From IMG/VR virus record IMGVR_UViG_3300033405_000935, positions 1 to 44,273 of that record: a stretch of 44,273 bases of DNA. The stretch is one strand, 5' to 3'. The notes under the pieces were generated by a model. It was not told the DNA's origin. It was given only the letters and a program-made list of their open reading frames with translations, and did not search any database. Both the position numbers and the translations under genes were made by a program. Positions 1 through 8,003 of this stretch are shown piece after piece. Position 1 is the first letter of the stretch; the number at the start of each line of letters is the position of its first letter. The stretch is from a virus. Taxonomy: Duplodnaviria; Caudoviricetes.

Positions 1-732
1 ATGATTTCCGCAGGGGAGCTAGCCCGCCGCGCCGGCGTCAAGAAGCAGGCGATCACCTACCAGGTGAAGAAGGGGCTACTGCCTCGTGTCGTCTCACCCG
101 AGGGCAAGCAGGGCTTCAATGAAACCGATCCCCGGATACTCGACTACATCGCCCACGCCTCCTCTCAGCGCGCGACAGCCCACGGCACCGTCGTCGCGCC
201 GGCGGAAAATCTAGGGGTAAACGAGGCCCAGCCCCCCGCTCCGTCGTCGCCGCCGCCAAAAAAAACACGGAAGTCCGCAGCAGCCGCGGCACCCGTTGCG
301 CCGCCGGCTGATTCCGACGATGAAGATGATGACGAGCTCGGCGCCGGCCTCGACTACCTCGAGAAGGGCGACCTCGACCGCGCCAAAGTCCGCGAGCAGA
401 TCATCAAGGCCCGCATCGACAACAACGTCGCACGGGGCAAGTACCTCCCGCGCGAGGACGTGAAACGCGTCTTCGGCCGCGTCTACTCCGTCCATACATC
501 GATTCTGCGCCCCTTGAGTTCCAAGCTCGGCCCCGACCTCGCCGCCCTCTTCGGCAATACCGACCCGGCTCTCACCCTCCGCGCCATCCAGGCCATCGAC
601 GCCGAAGTCTACCGCGCCCTAGGTATGATCCAGCGCCGGCTTATCGATTACCTGGACGCCGCCGGCGCCGGCACGCTGCCGGGGGCGGAGATCCCCGACG
701 AGCCCGAGCTCCCCCTCGAGCCACCCGCATGA
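1..732 (+). CDS. terS: Terminase small subunit (Nu1-like)
   Basis: N-terminal HTH (SAGELARRAGVKKQAI), Pro/Ala linker, Nu1-like helical segment (RIDNNVARGKYLPREDV); lies upstream of TerL. Confidence 0.8.
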   Translation: MISAGELARRAGVKKQAITYQVKKGLLPRVVSPEGKQGFNETDPRILDYIAHASSQRATAHGTVVAPAENLGVNEAQPPAPSSPPPKKTRKSAAAAAPVAPPADSDDEDDDELGAGLDYLEKGDLDRAKVREQIIKARIDNNVARGKYLPREDVKRVFGRVYSVHTSILRPLSSKLGPDLAALFGNTDPALTLRAIQAIDAEVYRALGMIQRRLIDYLDAAGAGTLPGAEIPDEPELPLEPPA

Positions 733-1040
733 CCGCGTCCGATACGATCTGTGATCTCTCCTCGGAGGAGAACTTTATCCATACAAAACATGGATATTGC
801 TATTATGCCCTCGGTGAAAATCCAATTATTTATGGTCTCTACGTTGAGCCTGAATATCGCAGACAAGGGCATGCTCGAGACTTCCTTCGGTATTCGATAT
901 ACGCAATCCGAGCAACGGGATATGCAGGCGAAATAAAAATCGAGGCTGCCCCGCGAGAGGGAAGTGTTGATCTGCCATCGCTTGTCTGTTTTTACCAAGC
1001 GATGGGGCTTACTGTTATTCAGGCTGGGGAAACGCCGTGA
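729..1040 (+). CDS. GNAT-family acetyltransferase (inserted gene)
   Basis: Acetyl-CoA motif A LYVEPEYRRQGHA and C-terminal FYQAMG; AT-richer than its flanks; 4-nt overlaps at both ends. Confidence 0.8.
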   Translation: MTASDTICDLSSEENFIHTKHGYCYYALGENPIIYGLYVEPEYRRQGHARDFLRYSIYAIRATGYAGEIKIEAAPREGSVDLPSLVCFYQAMGLTVIQAGETP

Positions 1041-1050
1041 CCGCGTCCGA
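730..1050 (+). repeat. 13-bp direct repeat TGACCGCGTCCGA (730-742 and 1038-1050) flanking the GNAT gene
   Basis: Read directly; both ORFs begin MTASDT. Confidence 0.9.
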
Positions 1051-3109
1051 CACCACATTTTTCCGGGACTGCGTCGCCGCGGCCCCGACGACCCCTCCCC
1101 CGCCACGGATCAGCGATTGGATCCAGGGCCGCCGCATCCTCCCCGACAACACTCCGTTCCCCGGCCCCTGGGATAACGCCCGCACCCCGTACTTCGTCGA
1201 CATCATGGACGACCTCAGCCCGTACAGTCCCGTGCAGCACGTCGTCCTGATGAAATCCCGCAAGGTGGGCGCCACGACCATGTCGGAGAACGTCGTCGGC
1301 TACTGGATGGACGCGAACCCCACCGAGATCGAATACGTCACCGCGACCGAGGACCTAGCCCTGGACTGGGCGACGCGGAAGATCCCGCCGCTCATCGACT
1401 CCCTGGGCATGCGCGATAAGATCACGAGCTCGAGCGAGAACCCAAAAAACGGCCCTAAGGGCGACAGGACGTTTACGAAGGAGTACATCGGGGGCGCCCT
1501 CGATATCATCAGCGCCCGCTCCATGCAGGCGAAGCGCGCCGGCGACAAAAGGATATTGATTCGCGATGAGATCGACGGCGTTCCGACCCTGACGACCACA
1601 GGCGAGGGTAACTGGCTCAAGGTCAACGAAGGCCACACGATCAGCTGGGGGCCTCGTAAAAAAATATTCGACTTCTCATCGCCGACAACTATCGAGGCCT
1701 CGAACATCTGGCCGAGTTATGAGCTCGGCGACTGCCGGAAGTATTACGTTCCCTGCCCGCACTGCGGCGAGATGCAAGAGCTCGAGTTCGGCAACGAGAC
1801 AACCGAATGGGGACTCAAAGCTCAGATCGAAGGCGGCGCGCTCGTCCAGGCATACTACGTCTGCAAGAATCCTGAGTGCCGGGCGCAGCCGCACGGCGGC
1901 AAGATCCTGAACTACATGAAGGGCGACATGCTCGCCCGCGGCCACTGGCGGCCGACGAAGAAGTCGAGCGCTCCGACCCTGCGATCGTATCACCTCTCGG
2001 CTTTGTACAGCCCCGTGGGTATGATGTCCTGGACCGAGCTGTACGAGGAGTATCAGTCCGCAATCAAGGTCGGCCCCGACGGGATGAGGTCATTTGCGAA
2101 CCTGTACTTGGGGCTGCCCTATGCCGAGACCGGCGTCCGCCCCAAGCTCGAAGTGCTCCTTGGCCTCAAAGGAGACTATGCCCGCGGCACCGTCCCCGAC
2201 GACGTGCTCTACCTCACCGCCGGCGGCGATGTCCAGGACGGCTCGGGCATGGATCCAAACGACCCGACGAAATTCAAAGACCCGACTAACCCGCCGCGCA
2301 TCGAGCTCGAGATCCTCGGTACGGGCTCATCATACAAGACCTGGTCAATCGACTACCTGCGCTTCGAGGGAGACGTGAGCGACCCGTTCTCGGGCGCATT
2401 CGAGAAATTGTATCAGTACATCATCGGCGGTGGCATGACCTACCCGCGCCTCTCGGACGGCCTCGGACTCACTGTACAACTTTTCTTCATCGACTCCGGC
2501 TCAGGCTCGCATTCGGACACGGTCTACCGCTTCGCCGAGCGTATCAACAATACCTTCGCAATCAAGGGCCTCGCCGCCCTCAAGGCCGATCCCCACCGCG
2601 CCCGCGCAGAAAACGAAGGCCCCAAAGAGATATGGTATCGGCATGCCGACATCGGCGGCCCGCGTGGTATCTACGAGATCAATACCCGGCATTATAAGCG
2701 GATCCTATACTCGAACCTGAACCGCGTGAAACGCGAAGCCGTCGGCCCGCAGCGTGCAGGATTCTGCGATTTCCCTCGCGATTACGAGCCGCATTATTTC
2801 GACATGCTCGGCGCCGAGGAGCAACTCACCGATGGAAGTTTCGAGAGCCATGGTCGCCGAAACGAGGCGCTCGACTGCCGTGTCTATGCGACCTGCGCGG
2901 CAGACGTATACCTAGACGGGACAATAGAGATCCTGCGCCGCTGGGCAATCAAGAACGGATCAACCGCCGAGCGCGCCCGATCGGTGATCGATTCAAAGTT
3001 CGCCCTTACTGAGATTGCAAAACGCATCGCACCCAAAAAGAAGACCGACCCGGGTAAGGAGACGAACCCCGGATCGGCCGCGCCTGAGGCGCATCAAAGC
3101 ACAACCTAA
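1037..3109 (+). CDS. terL: Terminase large subunit (lambda GpA family)
   Basis: PGPW..RTPY, Walker A-like KSRKVGATT, Walker B ILIRDEID, SSPT, CPHC zinc motif, SYHLSALYSP, DVQ nuclease motif, RNEALDCRVYA. Confidence 0.95.
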   Translation: MTASDTTFFRDCVAAAPTTPPPPRISDWIQGRRILPDNTPFPGPWDNARTPYFVDIMDDLSPYSPVQHVVLMKSRKVGATTMSENVVGYWMDANPTEIEYVTATEDLALDWATRKIPPLIDSLGMRDKITSSSENPKNGPKGDRTFTKEYIGGALDIISARSMQAKRAGDKRILIRDEIDGVPTLTTTGEGNWLKVNEGHTISWGPRKKIFDFSSPTTIEASNIWPSYELGDCRKYYVPCPHCGEMQELEFGNETTEWGLKAQIEGGALVQAYYVCKNPECRAQPHGGKILNYMKGDMLARGHWRPTKKSSAPTLRSYHLSALYSPVGMMSWTELYEEYQSAIKVGPDGMRSFANLYLGLPYAETGVRPKLEVLLGLKGDYARGTVPDDVLYLTAGGDVQDGSGMDPNDPTKFKDPTNPPRIELEILGTGSSYKTWSIDYLRFEGDVSDPFSGAFEKLYQYIIGGGMTYPRLSDGLGLTVQLFFIDSGSGSHSDTVYRFAERINNTFAIKGLAALKADPHRARAENEGPKEIWYRHADIGGPRGIYEINTRHYKRILYSNLNRVKREAVGPQRAGFCDFPRDYEPHYFDMLGAEEQLTDGSFESHGRRNEALDCRVYATCAADVYLDGTIEILRRWAIKNGSTAERARSVIDSKFALTEIAKRIAPKKKTDPGKETNPGSAAPEAHQSTT

Positions 3110-3117
3110 GATTTCCG

Positions 3118-3153
3118 AGAGCAAACGTCAAAGAGTTTTTTGACGTTTGCTCT
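3118..3153. repeat. Perfect 15-bp inverted repeat AGAGCAAACGTCAAA / TTTGACGTTTGCTCT with a 6-nt spacer
   Basis: Read directly: arms 3118-3132 and 3139-3153. Confidence 0.9.
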
Positions 3154-3174
3154 TGATCTCGGCATCCTCGGCTC
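3136..3174 (+). promoter_or_regulatory. Putative late promoter, copy 1 (TTGACG-17 nt-CATCCT), probably leaderless
   Basis: 21-bp identity with 7965-7985; TTGACG starts 35 nt before ATG 3175; no SD. Confidence 0.7.
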
Positions 3175-3507
3175 ATGTCGGATAGCTATGCGGGTGACCC
3201 AAACACAGGCGCAACGCCCGGGCTGCAATTTAATAGCCTCCCCTACAACACACAGCAGCGCTATCTCGCGCTCATCACCGTGTGGCAAAGCCGACTAGAT
3301 GATGCCGAGAAGCAACTCGCGGGCCTAGGATCCTCCTCAGTCGAGGAGTATGACTTCCGGGCAGGCGATGGCAGCCAGAAAGTCAAGCGCCGATCCCTGA
3401 AGGAACTCACCGATTATATCCAACTCTGCGAAAACAAGATTGAGTTTTACTGGCGGAAGCTGTATGGCCGTGGCGCTACGAACCTGAGCTTGAGGCGCAA
3501 GGTATGA
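3175..3507 (+). CDS. Head-to-tail joining protein (gpW-like)
   Basis: Between TerL and portal; EEYDF..GDGSQKVKRRSLKELTDYI resembles gpW-type adaptors. Confidence 0.7.
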   Translation: MSDSYAGDPNTGATPGLQFNSLPYNTQQRYLALITVWQSRLDDAEKQLAGLGSSSVEEYDFRAGDGSQKVKRRSLKELTDYIQLCENKIEFYWRKLYGRGATNLSLRRKV

Positions 3508-5333
3508 CGCTGCCGATCACCATACAAACCACGCGCAAGGCTGCGCTTGCCGTTGAGACCCTGCGCAAGCAGACGATCGCCGAGACCACCGAGTTGGTTA
3601 TTTCGAAGGCTCTGCCGGCCATTGCCCAGCGCGCAGTCCGCCAGGGCTACAACCAGGGCCGCATGGCCGAGCAGCGCCTGACCGCTGAGTTCTTCGGCTA
3701 TGGCCAGGGCCTGGGCTGGTCGCGCGCGAGTGGTGCTAAGTGGCCAGGAGGCCTGTCGGGGCCGTTTGGCGCCACGGTCATTAACAATTGGTCCATGCGT
3801 CAGCAGGCCCGGGGTGTGTATCATGACAGCCCCGAAGCCAAGACGATGGTCAATCGCTTCGCGGATACCGTTGTCGATTCTGGCCTGCGCCTCGAGCCCG
3901 AGCCGAACGCCGATATCCTCGGTATTCCGCAGGATAAGCTTGAGGAGTGGTCCCGCATGGTCGGTGCTGCCTTCGACCTTTACTGCGCATCGAAAAAGCA
4001 GCATCGCGCCCAGCAGTACAATTTCTATCAGGCCCAGCACCTACTTTGTAAATACGCCGAACGCGACAATGACCAATTCCTTCGATATTACTATTCGCAA
4101 AACTCGAACCTCTTGAACCCGCTGCAGTTCGAAATCATCGACCCGAACCAGATCCGCGGCGATGCCTGGATCGCGACCGCCCTCCTTGGCACAATGCCCG
4201 ACGGTATCGACCGCAACCCCGACGGCTCAGAGAAAGCCTATCACGTCTGGGTTCAGACCGACCCAGGGAAATACGAGTTCACTGAAGTAGTCGTCCCCCA
4301 CATCGGCGAGAAGAGTGGGCGCCTCATGATGCTCCACTCTTATGAGGCGGAGTATGCGGGCCAGGGGCGAGGGTATTCCTCGATCGGCGAGGCAATCCAA
4401 GAGTTCGAAAACCTCACCGATTTTAAATCGAGCCAGATCAAGAAAGCGATCAACCAGTCCCAGCTCTGGGGCTTTAATAAGCCAAGCCCGAACGCACCGT
4501 CAAGCGATCCCCTTGAGCAGTTCGCCCATCAGGGCGTCGGCCAGGCTCCGGTAGTCGCGGGCGCCCCTGGCGTTGGAGGCGTCAACCAGGCTGATTCAGC
4601 AACCATAATTCCTCCGACCCTGAACGTAACCCCGATCATGGAGGCGTCGCTCACCGTCCCAGGCTCGCTATTCCTCGCGAACCTGGATAGCGGTGAAGAG
4701 ATCGTTCCCTTCGTCAACACGGCTCCCTCGATAGGGTATTCTGAGTTCGTCGACAATTTCCTCTCCTACCTCTGCGCCATGAAGGGCATGCCGCTCGAAG
4801 TGCTCCTCATGAAATTCTCGAACAACTACAGCGCGTCCCGTGCCTGCCTCGTCCTATTCTGGCGCGTCGCTTGTATGAAACGGCAGCGCCTCGACGATGA
4901 CCTCATCACGCCGACGTATGAGATGTGGCTCTCCGGAGAGATCGCCGCGGGCCGTGTCTCCTGCCCGGGCTGGCAGGATCCCCGCCTCCGTGCCGCGTGG
5001 CTCTGCCACCGCCTCATCGGCAGCCCGATGCCAAACATTGACCCGAACGCGACAGCCAAGGCTGACCAGCTCTATGTAGAGATGGGCGCCGAGACCCTCG
5101 ACGACGTGGCATACAACTTCAACGGCTCTTCAGGCCGCGCGAACCGCCAAAAGCTCAAGACGCAGATGGACCAGCTGCGCGACGTTGGGATGGCCGCGTG
5201 GTCGACCACGGGCGTCGGCTCGCCCGTCAATACGGAAATCGACCCCTCGAAAGGCGCGAACGGCGCCTCGCTAGATCCGGGCGTGCCTGCGCAGCCCCCC
5301 GCAAAATCAGCCCCAGGAGGCCCAAACAAATGA
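3504..5333 (+). CDS. Portal protein, lambda family
   Basis: VVDSGLRLEP, GQGRGYS, NYSASRA and IDP..TAKA motifs; size and position. Confidence 0.93.
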   Translation: MTLPITIQTTRKAALAVETLRKQTIAETTELVISKALPAIAQRAVRQGYNQGRMAEQRLTAEFFGYGQGLGWSRASGAKWPGGLSGPFGATVINNWSMRQQARGVYHDSPEAKTMVNRFADTVVDSGLRLEPEPNADILGIPQDKLEEWSRMVGAAFDLYCASKKQHRAQQYNFYQAQHLLCKYAERDNDQFLRYYYSQNSNLLNPLQFEIIDPNQIRGDAWIATALLGTMPDGIDRNPDGSEKAYHVWVQTDPGKYEFTEVVVPHIGEKSGRLMMLHSYEAEYAGQGRGYSSIGEAIQEFENLTDFKSSQIKKAINQSQLWGFNKPSPNAPSSDPLEQFAHQGVGQAPVVAGAPGVGGVNQADSATIIPPTLNVTPIMEASLTVPGSLFLANLDSGEEIVPFVNTAPSIGYSEFVDNFLSYLCAMKGMPLEVLLMKFSNNYSASRACLVLFWRVACMKRQRLDDDLITPTYEMWLSGEIAAGRVSCPGWQDPRLRAAWLCHRLIGSPMPNIDPNATAKADQLYVEMGAETLDDVAYNFNGSSGRANRQKLKTQMDQLRDVGMAAWSTTGVGSPVNTEIDPSKGANGASLDPGVPAQPPAKSAPGGPNK

Positions 5334-5554
5334 GCTCCGACGACATAAGCCAGATTATTGACCGCCTTGATCGCATGGAAGGCAAGCAAGATGCCCAGGC
5401 AGAGCAGATCGCGAACCTCCGTGTAGCGGTAGCTTCACAGTCGGCGGGTAATAAAGCTGAAGACAAGCTCAAGGGCTCGCGCACTGCCAATATCGCCGCA
5501 TTTTCCGCGCTCGGCCTCGTTGTGGTCGAAATCATTTCGCGGTTTGTAAAATAG
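5330..5554 (+). CDS. Small coiled-coil protein with C-terminal TM helix (holin/antiholin-like)
   Basis: AGGAGG then ATG overlapping the portal stop; IDRLDRMEGKQD coiled coil, then IAAFSALGLVVVEII. Confidence 0.55.
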   Translation: MSSDDISQIIDRLDRMEGKQDAQAEQIANLRVAVASQSAGNKAEDKLKGSRTANIAAFSALGLVVVEIISRFVK

Positions 5555-5564
5555 GAGGCCTTAG

Positions 5565-6449
5565 ATGTCCCTCTTGACCGATTTCGCCCTCGCGGATCAT
5601 GACGATAGCTACCTCAACGAGCAGCACCCCGACTCCGAGCTCATGCGTGGCTACGGCGCGAAGGCCCGGCGCCAGTTAACCCTCTGGGGCCGCGTCGTCA
5701 ACGACGGTACTGCCATCGGAGACGTCTGGCCCGCGAAGGCCTACAATTCCACCGTCGCCATCGTCCGTAACCTCCCGACCGTCGCGATTCCTATCCTCGC
5801 AGTAGTCTCCGACAATGCAGCCGATGCAGCCGCAGGCACCGGTGCCCGCACCATCCAGGTCAACTACCTCGACGTCTCCGGCGCCGAGCACTACGCCCAG
5901 TATGCTCTCAACGGCACGAACGCCGTCACAATCGCAGCCATCCGCGACGGCGCCGCCTGGGCCGCGAACATCACCGACTGCTGGCGCGTTCAGAATTCAT
6001 TCGTTCTCACCGTTGGAGCGAACGGCCAGAACGTGGGGAACATCTCCATCTGCGACTCGACGAACACCTATACCACGGGTATTCCCGTCACAGCATCCCT
6101 CATTTATGGCTACATCAGCGCGACGCACAACATTAGCCACCACGGATTTTACACTGTCCCCGCAGGGTATCGCGCGCAGCTGAAGCTTGTATTCGCCAAC
6201 TGCGTCGACGCCTCGGCCACGGTCAAGTATGCCAAGTTCTACCTTGGCATACGCAACATGGTCACAGGCCTCATGGAAACTGTAGAGCTTACCGGCGATA
6301 GTTCGAACTCGGGTGGCTCCGAGATTATTTTCGCCCTAGAACCGCTAATTGATGCCATGGCCGACATTCGCTTCCAGGCCATCGGCCTGGCTGCGGCCAC
6401 GTCCGAGCTCGCCATTACGGCGCAGCTCATTGTTTATCCAAAGGTGTAA
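5565..6449 (+). CDS. Hypothetical beta-rich phage protein (possibly virion-associated)
   Basis: AGGAGG RBS, 294 aa, phage-like codon usage, GTGARTIQVNYLD motif. Confidence 0.6.
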   Translation: MSLLTDFALADHDDSYLNEQHPDSELMRGYGAKARRQLTLWGRVVNDGTAIGDVWPAKAYNSTVAIVRNLPTVAIPILAVVSDNAADAAAGTGARTIQVNYLDVSGAEHYAQYALNGTNAVTIAAIRDGAAWAANITDCWRVQNSFVLTVGANGQNVGNISICDSTNTYTTGIPVTASLIYGYISATHNISHHGFYTVPAGYRAQLKLVFANCVDASATVKYAKFYLGIRNMVTGLMETVELTGDSSNSGGSEIIFALEPLIDAMADIRFQAIGLAAATSELAITAQLIVYPKV

Positions 6450-6451
6450 CC

Positions 6452-7012
6452 ATGCACATTCGAATAATCCGAAAGCTTGCGAGCTTGCAATACCAGCGTG
6501 ATCCCTCTCAGGGCTTCGACTGGCACAATAATGACAATAACAATGCCCTGGATACCCTCGAGGTCTATGATGATGCAGACAATCTCACGCTTACATGCGC
6601 TGTTCAGACTGTTGCCAACCTCGAAGGCCTGGATCCGGGAGTTCATTTCTACGACACAATAGCTCCGGGAAAGTTCAGCCTTCGTTATGGCGTGGATCCA
6701 CGCTCCTTCAAATGTCAGCCCTTTGGCGTCATCGGCGCAACCACAAAGCACGGCGACTACATCGTGGCGGATCTCGATGCTCAAGGGAAACCGACACCCA
6801 AGGATTCAACGACTCCGACTAATCCCTCCCGCTGGCTCATGCACGACCGCAAAGACCATACCGGCGTCGATACCCGTGTAGCCTGGTCTGCCGGCTGCAT
6901 CGTTCACCAAGACGATGCCAACCTTGTGGCGATCAATAAGCTCTGCGCCGACGCCGGCATGAAGAGCGGCGACCTTATTCCCTGCGAACTCATCGAGGAG
7001 GCCAACGATTGA
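6452..7012 (+). CDS. Putative endolysin, L,D-transpeptidase (YkuD/DUF5675)-like
   Basis: WLMH...WSAGCIV matches the H...SxGC catalytic pattern; immediately upstream of a holin-like gene. Confidence 0.55.
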   Translation: MHIRIIRKLASLQYQRDPSQGFDWHNNDNNNALDTLEVYDDADNLTLTCAVQTVANLEGLDPGVHFYDTIAPGKFSLRYGVDPRSFKCQPFGVIGATTKHGDYIVADLDAQGKPTPKDSTTPTNPSRWLMHDRKDHTGVDTRVAWSAGCIVHQDDANLVAINKLCADAGMKSGDLIPCELIEEAND

Positions 7013-7266
7013 AGCTGAGAGAATGGCTTCGCGGATCATTCACCGACGCCAAGGGGCGGCCCGAGCCGAAGATGATTACCGGAGTTTTTCTTATCCTCTG
7101 CGCGGTTGCCTATGCATTTTATGCCGCCGTCATCAAGGGTAAGCCTGACTGGACAGGAGTATCCGCGCTCGCAGGCTTCGGCGTCACTCTCATGACTGCC
7201 TCCGCCGTTGCTGACGGCTTCAACGATCGATATAGCGGGCCGCCATCGCCCCCCGCTGGCGCATAA
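7009..7266 (+). CDS. Putative holin (2 TM helices)
   Basis: 85 aa, two hydrophobic segments, TTG start with GAGGAG RBS, lysis-cassette context. Confidence 0.6.
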   Translation: MKLREWLRGSFTDAKGRPEPKMITGVFLILCAVAYAFYAAVIKGKPDWTGVSALAGFGVTLMTASAVADGFNDRYSGPPSPPAGA

Positions 7267-7276
7267 AGGAGCTCTG

Positions 7277-7864
7277 ATGTGTGGAAAACGATTCGTCTTG
7301 TTCTTCTTGGTCTTGTTTTTGGGGCCTCTCTCACTCTGGGCACAGTCCTCGCAGTCACCCACAACGCAGGAGTCAAGCTCGAGCACGACCTCGCCGCAGC
7401 CCGAGCCAGCAATAGCGACACCCTCGTCGCCCTCCACCTCTCCCGAGAGTCTACCGCTCGAGTTTTGGACGACCTGGGTCGCGCTCGGGCAGGGGCTACA
7501 GCAGCAGATCGGGCAACAGCAAGAGCAATCGCAGACGCAAGTCAGCTCCGAAACATTATTGCAGAACGAGAAGCAAACGACCGACAGCGCAGCACAGAAC
7601 TCGCAAGCAGCCTCGAATGCGCTCAGTCAAACCTCGACCGCTATAACGTCTGCGATAAGTTCCTCCGAAGTTATTTCAGCACAGATAGTACAGGGAACAA
7701 CGGCAGCGGAAAAGACCGATAGTAAGATCGGAGAGGCTCAGGTCGATGCCAAGGGCCTCGAATTGCAGCTTGGCGTCTGGAAGGGCCTTGGTGTCAGCTT
7801 TGGCATTGGTTTTGTTGCCCTTGGAGTCGACAAGCTCGGTCAAGTTCTAAAAATCTGGAAATAA
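7277..7864 (+). CDS. Exported Ser/Gln-rich coiled-coil protein with C-terminal hydrophobic anchor (spanin partner candidate)
   Basis: AAAGGAG RBS; signal peptide MCGKRFVLFFLVLFLGPLSLWA/Q; C-terminal WKGLGVSFGIGFVALGV. Confidence 0.6.
   Translation: MCGKRFVLFFLVLFLGPLSLWAQSSQSPTTQESSSSTTSPQPEPAIATPSSPSTSPESLPLEFWTTWVALGQGLQQQIGQQQEQSQTQVSSETLLQNEKQTTDSAAQNSQAASNALSQTSTAITSAISSSEVISAQIVQGTTAAEKTDSKIGEAQVDAKGLELQLGVWKGLGVSFGIGFVALGVDKLGQVLKIWK
7279..7722 (+). CDS. Rz-like inner-membrane spanin candidate nested in 7277-7864
   Basis: GTG start under the same RBS; N-terminal TM helix, Ala/Arg-rich coiled coil, two C-terminal Cys. Confidence 0.55.
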   Translation: MWKTIRLVLLGLVFGASLTLGTVLAVTHNAGVKLEHDLAAARASNSDTLVALHLSRESTARVLDDLGRARAGATAADRATARAIADASQLRNIIAEREANDRQRSTELASSLECAQSNLDRYNVCDKFLRSYFSTDSTGNNGSGKDR

Positions 7865-7964
7865 CACTCACCCCTCGCCACGCTATGCCACATCTATTGC
7901 GCGGAGCTAGCGGGTCGAACCGCAAGAGGGGCTCCTTCTCCCAAATCCAGAAAAATACAAAACA

Positions 7965-8003
7965 TTTTTTGACGTTTGCTCTTGACTTCGGAATTATCAG
8001 CCC
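7965..8003 (+). promoter_or_regulatory. Putative late promoter, copy 2 (TTGACG-17 nt-AATTAT), probably leaderless
   Basis: TTTTTTGACGTTTGCTCTTGA identical to 3136-3156 with the same 18-nt spacing to ATG. Confidence 0.7.

Noticed and set aside
5198-5329. Upstream extensions of ORF-track calls (5198, 7208, 25395, 30129, 32936, 33148, 36860)
   Set aside because: Downstream starts have an SD, stop-start coupling or promoter support; the extensions overlap neighbouring genes or regulatory sites
7899-7936. GCGGTTCGACCCGC on the - strand resembling a tRNA T arm
   Set aside because: Pairing gives only a 6-nt loop and there are no D or anticodon arms; more likely a simple intergenic hairpin
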